A DNA stretch of 64,000 nt from Octopus sinensis (GCF_006345805.1 NC_043002.1:7750001-7814000); one strand, 5' to 3'. Counted from the first letter of the stretch, positions 26,951 to 41,400 are shown. Made by a program: numbers and translations. Notes: generated by a model not told the origin, from the letters alone.

Positions 26951-27382
26951 CGGATCTTTTCGGTTTGAACAGCAGTTTTTAATATAATTTCTAGGTAACT
27001 AAAAAATTTTAAACTTCGTATACTGGTAGAATGTGTTTATAAAACATCTTTTTCTCTTGGCTTTATTGAGAAAATGCTATAGTTTGTAAGACATTTGTTG
27101 TTTTTTTCTTCAATTTCTGCAATTTCAACCAATCACTGACGTCTGAGTTAAAAAGCATTCTGTGCCGTATGAATATTCCCTCGTTTAAGAAAGAGATTGG
27201 GTTTATTTACATTTCTGAAAAAAAAAAAAGATACCCTTCCCCCAACCCCTAACCCTAACCCTAACTAACCCTAACCCTAAAACAGATTGAAATGCAATAG
27301 ATCGATACTAGGGTCATAATTATGGGTAACAATTTCATATGACACCGCTAGAAAAAACTGCCGTTCAAACCGAAAAGATCCC
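26951..27382. mobile_element. MITE with ~28-bp TIRs and internal (CCCTAA)n
   Basis: ggatcttttcggtttgaacagcagtttt pairs with aaaactgccgttcaaaccgaaaagatcc. ccctaa repeats at 27247-27280. No TSD seen. Confidence 0.85.
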
Positions 27383-28128
27383 AGGTTTCTGCTCCAGCAG
27401 GGCTGAGGTGAATTTGAGCAACAATAACAAAACCTCATGCTACATTACATCAGTGCGCATGTCATTAACACAGGATCAGCAATAATTACACTCTGCACAA
27501 GGGGCTACCTTATACCCTAAACCCACATATACAACAGAAAAACTAATATGATAGAGCAGCGCAGTATACAACACAGAAGGACAGCACAGAGGCAGAGCAC
27601 ACAAGAACAACACTGTTTTGTTGTTTGTGGATAATGTAACGCTCTTTATAACGAAACAACCAGCTCGTCATACGAGTGTTGCTATATAGCAATTTAAAGA
27701 GAGCTCGCTCATGCAGATGTTTGTTTATTCCATATGGGGTTGTTTGTTCATTCAACAATTGAACAAGCAAACAGACATGATGTATCATCCCCGTCTAACT
27801 GTCCCCTTTATTACTTGCCAAAGGAAGTCCGAGGGTTGATCGGCAGTGGGTGCCGACCACCAGAACCTCAGTCAGTCTACTCATATATGTAAAAAAAAAA
27901 AGAAAAAAACGTCGTGTACCTTGCTGTAAACAAGCAACAATAAACAATAATCTTCCACACAGGAAGGGGGAGGAGAATTAGAATAGATATATACGTAAAT
28001 AAGTATATATGTACATAAGTATACATACAAATAAAGATATACACAAACACACACACACATATGTTATACATATATACACATAAACTCAAAATTACAGGCA
28101 AATGTATACATAAATATAAAATGTATAT

Positions 28129-28175
<47 letters not shown>

Positions 28176-28226
28176 GAATATAGATTTATAGATATTATAT
28201 ATATTTTTCTATATTTATGTATATAA

Positions 28227-28268
<42 letters not shown>

Positions 28269-28349
28269 ATATATATATATATATATACATATAAACATGT
28301 GTGTGTATCGTGCTTATATACATATATATTATATATGATAATAATGATA

Positions 28350-28386
<37 letters not shown>

Positions 28387-28414
28387 TGTAAATCGAAATG
28401 TAAATATATGTATG

Positions 28415-28448
<34 letters not shown>

Positions 28449-28790
28449 TGTATGTATGTATGTATGTATGTATGTATGTATGTATGTGTGTATGCATATG
28501 TGTATATACATGTATGTATGCATCCAATGCAAGAGTGAGGAAGAAGGTAATACGAAAGTCAGCAAATATAATAGATAGATGGGTAAATAAATAAATAAAT
28601 ATATTAAAAGACAACAAAACAAAAGAGCAATAAAAGAGTAAAAAGGGGGCCACCGCCATAAAGAATAACTAATGATATAACAATATAGGCTATGTTCAAA
28701 ATATACAGAACAGAGAGAGGAGAGAGAGAGAGAGAGAGAGAGAGTCTGAGCCTCACAATGATCAAGTCAAGCCTCAGACCAACCAACCTG

Positions 28791-28827
<37 letters not shown>

Positions 28828-28839
28828 TTATGTAGAAAA

Positions 28840-29150
28840 ATACAAACTGGGACAAGAACGTAAAACAATTAGAAGACGATACAAAAAACACGGACGGGAC
28901 ATTCGAAGCCTTCAATCCTCAGTCAAGAACCGGATCATCGTAGCAATTTCGGCTGATTAATCTTGAGATCGCTCCGATCCGGCCAGCCCCAAGGAAAAAC
29001 TAAGCTACGAGCATTAGATTTCTTGGAAGAAGGATCGAATGTATACGAAACAAGGACAGAAAAACGGACGATGCCACACGAATATAAAATACAAAAAACA
29101 ATAATGGTAAAAACAGGACAAAAACAGCGGGTGTCTTACGACTAATAAAC
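28840..29150 (+). repeat. Dispersed repeat fragment, related to 32955-33090 in reverse
   Basis: caagaacgtaa...gatacaaaa...acggg(a/t)cattcg and catcgt..gca.tttcggc are shared between the two loci; both are flanked by microsatellite. Confidence 0.5.
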
Positions 29151-29699
29151 AGTACAACAAGTTTACATATATATATATATTATTTGCATATGCGAATAAT
29201 CCATATTTTTATTGCTTTTTCTTTTGTCTTGCTCGATTACGTTTTGGTTGTTTTGCTGAATTTTTTCTTGAGAACATTTCTTAATGGAAAGACCATAGCG
29301 GATCTATTTCTAGCATAAAGGTGTTCACATAGTGGTTTTCCTCTAATATGTATATAATAAAATTTACTGAACCTTCAGTTTTTTTATACGATAGACCACC
29401 GGTGTAAAATCGATGTTAATTAAATTTAATCTCTAATTTCTCTCCCTCATTTTAAATTTATATATATATATATGGTAAAATAAAATTCAGCATATATATT
29501 TTATCCAGCACAGATATTATATGGTATACTGAACTGATTACGTTGGAGAGAGTGAGTAGATTATATGATTCATTATGTAGATAGATGTAGTCATTCTATC
29601 CCAAAACGGGTGTTGATTAGCCAAAAGGTAAATCCAATGAAAAGCGCGGAATTCTTTGCAATATGTGAAAATTATATACATACATGCATATGCGTATAC

Positions 29700-29731
<32 letters not shown>

Positions 29732-29751
29732 ACATACACACACACACATAC

Positions 29752-29791
<40 letters not shown>

Positions 29792-30390
29792 TTAGGGAGT
29801 ATATCCAAACTTACATGGAAAAATTAGACTTAAGATTAAATCAAATTTCACAGTATAAATTTAAATTAAATTAGAGGTAAAACCACTATTAAAACTATGT
29901 TTTGGTTTATGTCTATCACTGTTTGAGTTGCGTAATAGTGGTTTTATCTCTAATTTATATACATACATATATATATATATATATATATGAAACATATTAT
30001 GAGGTGGTCCATATGTAGTCAGAGTATTTAAAGTCGCAAGGTTATCCTGTATGAGAAATATGTAAGAGTGTTAAATAAGAAAATCATATCAAACAATCAC
30101 GGGCAAAGAACAATGGAGAGGGACGTGGAGAGACACTTCCACGCACAAACACACACATGTATATAATTTATGAAGTTTTTCAAACTGATATATATTGTTG
30201 TGAAGTGCTCAACACTCTCAGGTAGAGTGGAATGGATTTATTTCAGCTTAGAATTGAAATTCTTACACACACACACATAAATACACACACACACACATTT
30301 GTAAGTGTGCACGAGAGCATGTGTGTGCATATGAAAAGTATAGAGAGTAGATTGTTGAGAACTATATATGTATAAAATCATTTGTAATAT

Positions 30391-30441
<51 letters not shown>

Positions 30442-30473
30442 CATATATATCTATATATATATATATATTATAT

Positions 30474-30507
<34 letters not shown>

Positions 30508-30523
30508 TATATATATATATAGA

Positions 30524-30561
<38 letters not shown>

Positions 30562-31002
30562 TCGAAACTAATGACAACTTACTGATTGACCTAAACTATA
30601 CACACACACAAATATATGTAAACGGTACCTGGAGAAATTCCTTAAAAAATACCGCATAAACCACCTACACCTGGATACGTCTCAACCAACAACAACTCTC
30701 TGCTTGAGTGGCCCATGGTGTCCCGAAATAATTAACTAAAATACTTTTCCAGGTGGTACTATTGAGTTAGTCATGGCCTGAGCCGATAAAGGCCGAAACT
30801 AATCTAAGTTATATCATATATTATATATATATAATTATGGTTTGTTGGCAACTTAATGTGGCAGGCCCAGGAAAGGGAGGAATGCTACTGTTACTTAGCA
30901 CCAGGAAACATCGTTTCCAGTTGGCTATGTGACACAAGCGTTCTGTGTCCTTAAGTTTTCAAACAGGGGAGATAAGCACCTCCACCCAGCAAAGCCGGCA
31001 AC

Positions 31003-31041
31003 CAGAGACTAGTTTCAGAGTCATTGCCCTTCATCAGTCTG
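31003..31041 (-). ncRNA. Minimal type-I hammerhead ribozyme (intact core)
   Basis: caga-CUGAUGA-aggg(caauga)cucu-GAAA-cuag-UC-ucug. 4-bp stem I, 4-bp stem II, palindromic ACUAGU stem III, GUC triplet. Confidence 0.85.
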
Positions 31042-31059
31042 CAGTAGCATTGCTTGCTC

Positions 31060-31098
31060 CAGACTGATGAAGAGCAATGAGTCTAAAACTAGTCTCTG
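31060..31098 (+). ncRNA. Minimal hammerhead, mutated copy (G12A)
   Basis: caga-CUGAUGA-agagcaaugagucu-AAAA-cuagUC-ucug. GAAA has become AAAA and stem II has a mismatch. Confidence 0.7.
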
Positions 31099-31345
31099 AA
31101 TGGTGACTTTGCTGGGAAGAGGTGCTTCCGTTTGAAACTTAAGGACACAGAACGCTTGTGTCACATAGCCAACTGGAAACGCTGTTTCATAGTGTTATAT
31201 AACAGTAGAATTCTTCTCTTTTCATGGGATTGCCACATTAAGTTGGCAACAAACTATCACTTTCTCGTGCTGCTACTATATATGTCTTTCTGAGAGATTT
31301 AGAAATGCAATATTTCTAATTTTACATATATTTATAATGGTCATA

Positions 31346-31639
31346 TCTCTATATGTATAAACGGCAAAATGTCTGCTTGTGTGTGTGTCCTTTATACAAA
31401 TCCACAATTTTTCAGTTAGAGGGCTTGCACTTTCTATGGTCATTTAAAACCGACTAAGGGTGGTCGTACACATATTTACATTTCCCCAGTCACCTCGCAA
31501 AGTCATTAAAAAATCAATAGAAGTGGCATTTTTGTAAATTTTCTATCCAAAACCCAATCAAAATGCCCAAAACTTGATACGCCAATTGAATGCCAGCTAG
31601 CTGTATATGATTGGTCGGATATTCGGGTCATAGTGCTAG
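31346..31639 (+). mobile_element. Non-autonomous Helitron
   Basis: a|TCtctatatgtataaacggcaaaatgtctg ... gtcatagtgCTAG|t. The subterminal hairpin is weak. Confidence 0.7.
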
Positions 31640-32409
31640 TATATTATATAATACATTTATGTAATACGTATGAAAATATATACACACAAAGACACACTCA
31701 TACAGGTGTATATGTATGTGTTTATGTGTGTGTATGCATGATGTGTGATATATGTATGTCTATATATGTATCTGCTTTCACATACAATAACGATGGACAG
31801 TTATCTCTGTATGTGTACTTAAAAGTATATATACATATATAAATCTGTAAATTTATGTACAATACGAGCCATACGTAGATATATGTGAGTGTATGTGTGT
31901 GTATACATGTAGGTGTTAGTATTATATGTATGTGTGTGTGTGTGCGTGCATGTGTGTGTGTGAGAGAGAGAGTGTGTGTGTGTGTATACATGTACGAAAT
32001 AATTTCTCTTCTCTTTTTTCTTTACTTGGTTCTCCAAACGTGCATTAAGAGTACAAATTTGTTTGTTTTTTCATTTGTAATTTGAATAAACATCATTCCT
32101 GAGGTCATTAACCCAGGAAAATTGAAGTAGTTTTGGTTGATGTGTTTCTCGTGTGCCATTCACTAGTTGAATTGTGCGTCTGTGTGTGTGTGTGCATGTG
32201 TGTGTATACATGTTCATATGTACATATATGTATATATATACACTATATATATATATATATGAACATAAACTCATAAAAATATACATATTGTCAATGTCTT
32301 TATGGATGTGTGTATGCAACTGCTTGTAAATATGTATCTATATATAAATATATTTATACTGATATATAATATATATATATATATATATATTTATATTTAC
32401 ATTACACTA

Positions 32410-32436
32410 AGATAGATAGATAGATAGATAGATAGA

Positions 32437-32477
<41 letters not shown>

Positions 32478-32591
32478 GAGATAGATAGATAGATTGATTG
32501 ATAGATTGATAGATAGATAGAAGATAGATAGATAGATCGAGATAGATAGATAGAAGATAGATGATTGATAGATTGATAGATAGATAGACAG

Positions 32592-32630
<39 letters not shown>

Positions 32631-32651
32631 TATAGATAGATAGGTAGGTAG

Positions 32652-32722
<71 letters not shown>

Positions 32723-32955
32723 TGATTGATAGATTGATAGATAGATACATACATACATACATACATATATACATACATACATATACATATACATACGTAC
32801 ATACATACATACATACATACATACATACATACATACATACATACATACATACATACACACATACATACATACATACATACATACATACACACATACATAC
32901 ATACATACACACACACATACATACATACATACATACATGCATACATACATACAGA
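32410..32955. repeat. Compound (GATA)n/(CATA)n microsatellite
   Basis: Direct reading; explains the 180-aa spurious ORFs here. Confidence 0.97.
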
Positions 32956-33254
32956 CGTGCCGAAGCTGCAAAGACGATGTGGAACTCGATTCAGGATAGG
33001 AAGTTGCGAATGACCCGTACTATTTTGTATCTTCTAACTCTCCGGATGTTTTGTTGTCGTCTGTTACGTTCTTGATCCATTTTTTGCTTCCTTTACAAAC
33101 ACAGACACACGCATACACACACACACAAGTATATTAAGTGTATAATTTAACTTTTCTATTCATATTTATATATTTAATCATGTTTAAGCATATATGTGTA
33201 TATGTATATGTATATTATATATATATATATATATATATACATACATACATATAT

Positions 33255-33325
<71 letters not shown>

Positions 33326-34009
33326 CGTGGATTTGTTATGACTTTTGTACAATAAGTGAAAATGAAAAAGCATGTTCGCGTTATGTGATTGAACTTTCCG
33401 TTTGATCCATTGTCTGTGGAATTTTAAAAATTATATGTGTATGTGTGTGTGCATACATACATACACAAACACACACACAAACACAGACACACACACACAC
33501 ACAAACACATACACACCGACACACACAAACACATATGCGCTTTGTACCATCTATTTTTTTGTATCTACACTAATTCTTATATATTCATAGAATTATACTA
33601 GATATTAACGTGAGACCACCACTTACGAGTAATTAATGTGCCACAAACCATTCGACTAGCAAAAAGAACCTGAATTATCTCAGAACAACTGATATCCTTA
33701 TACTGTACCATTAGATTTTAGACATTAAAGAGTATTACATAATAGTCTAAAAAATAGCAGAGTAATGCCAGTTGCAAGATATTATGGATCACTATAGACC
33801 GATATGGAATCTCACAGACTAGTATTTGTGATTAGACCGCATTTCTTACAAATAAAGAATCGATTCATATTTCAATACATATTGTTATTTTTAATGGTAC
33901 ATTAGATGTAATATATGTAATATCAGTAACAATCTAAATGTGCCTACATTTCATCGATATACGTTTGTAAGCGTGAGTGTAGGTATGCGTAGATATACGT
34001 ACATATATA

Positions 34010-34073
<64 letters not shown>

Positions 34074-34297
34074 CCTGCTCGCTTAGCCAGCGGGGTGGCG
34101 TCATTTGATGGCTAAAACAATGCGAAGCGCATTGGGACCAGCGATGTGTAGCAACATCTGATAGTCTGGTCGGTCACGGTGATCACGGTGATATATATAT
34201 ATATATTATGTATTACTTACAAACACGCACATACACATATATGTATATGCAAATATATATAAATATAGATGTATATCCGTCTATGTACGGACGTATA

Positions 34298-34374
<77 letters not shown>

Positions 34375-34407
34375 CACACACACACACACACATATATATA
34401 ATATATA

Positions 34408-34520
<113 letters not shown>

Positions 34521-35149
34521 ATGTATATGTATATATGATTATACGCACACACATGTATATGATGTTATATGCATATATATTATAAATGTATACATGTATG
34601 TAAGTATATTTATAGAACCATACGCACATAGATTATGCGTGTATGTGTATATGTATGTGTATGTGTATGCATATCTTTATGTTCGTATGTATGATATATA
34701 ATGCGTTAGTGTATTATACACACTTTATGCACATAGGGAATGCATGAGTGTTTGTGTATGAGGCTGTGTATTGTGTTTAAGGGTAATTTACTCACAGTAG
34801 AAATTATTTTTTTGGTTGTAACTATTGTTGTAACAATAATTCCATTTCTTAAACACCTGCTTTTTCTGTTACTCCCTTATCCAAATTTTTTACTACTACT
34901 CGTACTACTATAACTTCTAGTACCATTACTACTACTACTACTACTATACTACTACTACAACTACAACTATTACTACTACTACTAAATGAACATTAGCAAT
35001 GTCCGAGGTGGTTATATTTTAAAATTGTATCTGACGACGACATTCGAAATCGAACAGTTTCGCTATGTTTTTCTCCTTATTTCGGTGAGTTCATTCAATG
35101 TCTTTTATTCATTTCCCCGCTGGGATGTAAAGGGGAAATGTGGAATATA

Positions 35150-35194
<45 letters not shown>

Positions 35195-35846
35195 ATTTCG
35201 GCAAATCTAGAAACGTGAGCGTTCTCAAATAATCTTTGTACTTGTGATATTTTGTTGTGTTCCCTCCAGATCTACGTGAATTATTTTTGAGTAAGCACTA
35301 TCAGGGAGATTTTTCTTAAAGTAGTAGAAATGGCTAAAGAAACTTTTTGGCTGCTATTTCTAAAAATTTCAGTATGTGGCAAAGTAAATTATTTTACTGA
35401 GCCCTTAATTATATAAAGTAATATTTTGAATACGCCTTGAATGGTCCTTTTACATACTGAACACTACTTGGTGAAATTAATTAACAACTAATTGATTTTA
35501 CCCTTAATTATTGATATATATATATATATATATATACTATAGCATCTGTAATATACTAGAAGTTGCATCTCATTGATTCCGTCCGTCATTTTTCCCTCAG
35601 ATAACAATGTACCAACAACAACAACAACAAATGTCACAAAAAGAAAAATCGAAACATTTGGCATAATCGAAAGATCTGTGTATGATTGTGAATATGCTTA
35701 TTATTACAATTAATTACTATTAATTATTATTATTTCCCATTATTATTATTATTATTATTATCATTATTACTGTTGTTATTTTTACTTTATATTTTTTGTT
35801 TTGCCTTGTTTTATGTCATCATTGATATTTTTGCAATTGTTGAAGT

Positions 35847-35906
<60 letters not shown>

Positions 35907-35955
35907 CAGCAGTAGTAGTAGTAGTAGTAGTAGTCGTAGTAGTAGTAGTAGTAGT
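35847..35955. repeat. (AGT)n trinucleotide microsatellite
   Basis: Direct reading; source of the poly-S/poly-V ORFs. Confidence 0.97.
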
Positions 35956-38508
35956 TATTGCTGTGGAAGTTCTATTCGTTGCGTCGTCATCGCTGTTCTT
36001 TTTATGTTCGACGCAACCGCGAACCGCTTTCAGCTACCCCCGGATCGCGGTCCCAATATTTTCTGGTCTGTTTAGCGGCAGATATTGTTGTTGTTGTTAA
36101 TGATGATGTTGCTGCTGCTGATTAACCCCCCGAACATCCCCAGCTGAGCTCAACTATGAGTAAAAGACGTTCCAGATGTAACCATCCCGCCGTATATATT
36201 TTGGTGTGTCCTTTTAAAACCTATTTTCTCTTTCTCTGAAGTAATATGTCTAGGACTATATTTACCCAGTGTTGTCGTTTCCTTATTTAAAGACAGTAGT
36301 GGCAATTTGAGGTAAATTTGGCTGCTGTTTCTATTAGGTTGAGCGGTGGTTGTATAGAGAGAGAAGCTCTTCCGTTTCGACCTGTATACGAATGACATTG
36401 TTTATAGATATATCGATAGATAACTAAGCAGAACTTAGTAGAGTTCCAGTGAGCATTTTGCGAAAACATTCTTCAGCAAGACATTTGGCAATGGAATGGA
36501 GCGATAACCAATCCTTACATAGACAGAGGCACAGAGACACATAGAGAGCAAAAGAACGAAGAGAGAAATAAAGAAACTAACCAGAGATAAACATGAAAAA
36601 CAAAACAATTAAAAACTACCTGGCCAGATTTCAGTTGGTATGGATGACTTCACAACACTACACATCTCATACATAGTATTAACTATTCACTACCTCTCTC
36701 TGTCTCTTGCTCTCCCTGTCTCTTGCTCTCTCTCTCTCTTTCTCTCTGTGCATATCTGTCTCTATCTCAATTTCTCTCTATCTCTGTCATACTCTCTCTC
36801 CCTCCCTCTCTCTCTCTCTCTCTTTCTAGTTTTGTCTTCCCTCACTCTGTCTCCACCTCTTATTTACTAAAGCTCTGGTTTCTACCTATCACCTAACTAC
36901 CCTTATCTTGTTCTGACACAAATACACATACACACACACACACATACACACAAAACGCGTGAAGACCCACATACACATACATACACACAAACACGTGTAA
37001 TCACACACTATCTTATTTTTCCCTCTCATTCACTCTCTCAATCATTCTCTCTCTCTCACCCATTTTGTTACTGTTCTTTACCCCAATAGCTTCTCTCTAC
37101 CCCATTACCAAATCTTACTCTCTCTCCTTTTCTCTCTCTCCTTTTCTCTCTCTCCTTTTCTCCCTCTCCCTCCCACTCTTATTCACTAAACTTTCAGCCT
37201 ATTACTTAACTTCACCCATTTCTCCAACCCTAGCTCTTCCTCTTACCCTTTCTCTACTTACTCTTCATACATTCACTGTCTAAGGCTTCGGCATATCATT
37301 CTAATACCCACTCCCGATCTCTTTTGCTCTCCCAACTAATGCTCTACAACACTGACCTAACGAGCGCCCTACCAGGCACTCGATCACCAAAACAGCAGCT
37401 AAATCTACTCTGAAATCAAACCCTAAATAAGGAAAGTCCTAGGAAAACGGCATGGTCACGGTTAGCAATATGTTTGATCATAGGTCAACACGATCAGAAT
37501 TGACCTGGGACTAAACAACAACAACAACAATTGTAACTGATTGCTCTCTCTCTCTCTCTCTCTCTCTCTCGTTCTCTGTTCCCCCCCTCTCTCTCTCTTT
37601 CTCTCCTTCTCTCTCTCGCTCTCTTTTTCTCCCTCTTTCTCATTAAAGTTTCTATGTCTAGGATTTCTATTTGTGACTAACAGGTTCTTTTTCTCTTTTT
37701 CTTCTTCCTCTCTACTTCTCCCCCCTTTCCTCCTATCTCTCTCTCTCTCTCTCTCACTTTCTCTCGCTCTTACACATGTACCTTCTCTACTACTCTGTCT
37801 TACCCTCTTTTCTTGTTCCTCTTCTCTCCTACTTCGTATGTTTATTTTTATTTTTCTCTTTAACAATCTCTGAAATACTTCATATACTACTTGTCACTCC
37901 TCTCTCCTACATTACTCTTACACTCACACACACACACACACACACACACATTATATATATATATATATATATACATATATATGTCATAAAACGATACACA
38001 CACACATAAACTCTCTCACAGGAGGGTAGTTACCTGTGGTAGCTTCACTACTTGTTGGGGGATACACAATAAGAGAACACGAGATACACCGACAGGCTTA
38101 CAAATACATTCATTTACAGAGGAACAGACTCACACATAATACATACATGCAGACAAATAGACAGACAGATATACAGACAGCCAGGTAGGGATATCAACAT
38201 GTGTGCAGTAGATGCTGTTCGTTGTATGCTTGTCGATTATATTAACCTATATATGGCCGTATGATTTTTATGTATATGTAGGTACACAACATACATACAA
38301 TTTTATGCCTCTATTATACTTACACACGAACCCACATATATATGTGTATGTATGTATGTATGTATGTATGTATGTATGTATGTATGTATGTATGTATGTA
38401 TGCATGCATGTGTATGTATGTATATATGTATGTATGTATGTATGTATATATGTATGTATGTATGTATGTATATATATATATATATATATACATACATACA
38501 TACATACA

Positions 38509-38542
<34 letters not shown>

Positions 38543-38574
38543 CATACATATGCATGCATGCATACATACATACA

Positions 38575-38627
<53 letters not shown>

Positions 38628-38802
38628 TGGTAAAAACGGTAAGATAACAAAAGAAAGAAAGAGACCTCAATATTATGTAAATAGAGGAAATTTTTCAGAT
38701 GGCCAGATAAACGAAGAGATGGTATTGGGTATTTCCACTTCGGCATCTGAAAGTCAGAGTTTTATCTTGACTTTTGAGTAATTGTAACATATTATTTTAC
38801 AG

Positions 38803-38853
<51 letters not shown>

Positions 38854-39263
38854 ATAGAGATGCACACAGGCATATATGTATACACATTGGTCGTTCGTTG
38901 ATCATACTTTCTCCATACATTGTGTGTGTGTATGTGTGTGTATACATACATAAATGTGTGTGTTTGTGTGTCTGTGTGAGTGCGCGAAATATTTAACCCA
39001 CTGACTGAGTGAGAGTGCAAAACTCGACGACTCTAGAGCTTAGTCAAAACAGTAAGTTTATGGGAACTGAACAAACAGGAAAAATTTTAAATGAACTTAT
39101 ATAAAAGGTGGTGCTCCAGCTTGGCTGCAGTCAAATGACTGAAACAAAAAAAAATAATAAAAGAAAGAACACACACACACACACCACATAATGAGAATAT
39201 CGAAGATTTACCACAAATTATGTCTGTATGTGGTGTGATTGCAAACATACATGCATACAGTCA

Positions 39264-39349
<86 letters not shown>

Positions 39350-39747
39350 ATATATATATATATATATGTTTATATATATATATATGTTTATATATATAAT
39401 ATATATATATATATACACAGGCATACTCATATACATACGTATACATTTATCTATTCACGTATACCCATGTATCCTACCTGCCGTTTGATATTTAGTGTTT
39501 CACCTGTCCATCTTCCTGGCCCTTAATTTTATCGCTTTTTCGTCTCTCATTTCTCTCCTTTTACTTTTTCTTTCTTTGTATCTTCGGTTCCGTATTTCTT
39601 TCTGCTGGTTACACCTCCGTCTCCTTCTCTCTAACTTCCTCTATCCCTTCTTCTTCCCATCATTCTTTCTGTCTTTCTATTCACCACTTGGTATCCGCTT
39701 CTTTGTTTTTGTCTCATTAAACTTATCACACAGTAACTCTAAACCTA

Positions 39748-39795
<48 letters not shown>

Positions 39796-39797
<2 letters not shown>

Positions 39798-40208
39798 TTT
39801 ACTCTACTCTTTTACTTGTTTCAGTCATTTGACTGCGGCCATGCTGGAGCACCGCCTTTAGTCGGGCAAATCGACCCCAGGACTTATTCTTTGTAAGCCT
39901 AGTACTTATTCTATCGGTCTCTCTTTTGCCGAACCGCTAAGTGACGGGGACGTAGACACACCAGCATCGGTTGTCAAGCAGTGCTAGGGAGACAAACACA
40001 GACACACAAACACACACACATAATAATATATATATATACATATATACGACAGGCTTCTTTCAGTTTCCGTCTACCAAATCCACTCATAAGGCTTTGGTCG
40101 GCCCGGGGCTATAGCAGAAGACACTTGCCCAAGATGCCACGCAGTGGGACTGAACCCGGAACCATGTGGTTGGTAAGCAAGCTACTTACCACACAGCCAC
40201 TCCTGCGC

Positions 40209-40210
<2 letters not shown>
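39796..40210 (-). mobile_element. Full-length CORE-type SINE (young-looking)
   Basis: Near-identical to the heads and tails at 10429-11295 and 54708-55119. The head read on minus gives ggcgcaggagtggctgtgtggt (A box) and ggttcagtccc (B box). Confidence 0.92.
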
Positions 40211-40245
<35 letters not shown>

Positions 40246-40889
40246 TATATCTACATATACACACATTCGCATGACTTTCACGACCAATAATTGCTTCTCA
40301 TCACTATAAGCGTAATTTTAAATTACCTTTTCTCGCTTTTCTACATCATGTATGTCAGCATAAACTTCAATCTTCAGATTGTATTCAGCAGGCGTCCCGA
40401 GGCGTTTTCCTCGAGTGGTTCTTTTAAGTGTTCGGGTAATTCAGCGTTAGTTCATGAAAAATCATGAAAAATAATAATAATAACGATAATATATATATTT
40501 CCCAACGCCATGGCTCTGGATCCAGACCCTCTCCGTCGCAGCTTGAGCAAGTGTCTTCTGCTATAGCCTCGGTCCGAGCAAAGCGTTGTCAGTGGATTTG
40601 GTAGACGGAAACTAAAAGAAGCCTGTCGTATATATATATTTGTGTGTTCGTGTGGTATGTGTTTCGTTCAAATTCCGTCGATGTCGACTTTGCCTTTCAT
40701 CCTTCCGGAGTCGATAAATTAAGTACCAGTGAAACATCTCCTCCTCAAAAATGGCTGCCCTTGTGGCAAAATTTGAAGCGATTAATATAATGTGTATATT
40801 TTTATTAGTATTTTTGTTTTTTGTTTGTTTCAGGTCCGGTCTCATTCCTGGTAGGGATTATGCGAATAGCGGACTACTATCTGTAATCT

Positions 40890-41400
40890 TAGGTAACCAC
40901 AAATTTTCAGCAGTCTTTCACGTGCTTATAACCCTCCTGATAATTCTTACTGTCCCTAAGAGACAAACTTTCTGTAGGAGCTCTACCGAATATTCAATTT
41001 CAATATCCCTCGGACGTTTTTCTATATCTTGGTTTACTGTTCCCAGCGCACCAGTTATAGACACGACATTTACTGTTCGCATGCTCCCAATTCTTCCTTC
41101 TCCAAATTTTAGGGGATTGTAGATATATTTTTCTTCCTCTTTCTTCACGATTGTAGAGTCAAACGCGCATGATGGGTCGATAAGTAACTTCGCTTTACCC
41201 TATTTATGATTGTGATACCTGATCCATTGTTTTCTAATTTCTTGTCCATTTGAATTGGAAAGTCCCACAAAAACTGACATTTCTCTGAGTCTAGTACTTT
41301 TTCGACTCGATGATTGTACCAAGTGCTTGAGTTTAAAATCCCTATTTCTGCCCCCATTTCTTGATTCGACCTCTTATAACATAAAGTTTCATAGACTCAT
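40890..41400 (-). pseudogene. 3' end of R4/Dong-like non-LTR element (restriction-like endonuclease)
   Basis: WYNHRVEKVLDSEKCQFLWDFPIQMD..., then KKEEEKY..., ITGALGTV, ELLQKVCLLGTVRIIRRVI. The RPD catalytic motif is decayed and the frame is shifted. Confidence 0.85.

Larger units (their letters stand above)
30841..31253. mobile_element. ~410-bp fold-back element with two divergent minimal hammerheads
   Basis: Arms pair throughout (acttaatgtggca/tgccacattaagt; ccagttggctatgtgacacaagcgttctgtgtccttaag/cttaaggacacagaacgcttgtgtcacatagccaactgg). 18-nt spacer at 31042-31059. Confidence 0.92.

Noticed and set aside
28900-28965. Hammerhead in the 28840-29150 repeat
   Set aside because: The candidate cores (ctcaaga...gaaa; ctgagga...gaat) lack canonical bases and pairing.
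32397-33075. 180-189 aa ORFs, and the many YI/CV/HT-repeat ORFs across the window
   Set aside because: Translations of (TA)n, (CA)n, (TATG)n and (GATA)n microsatellites.
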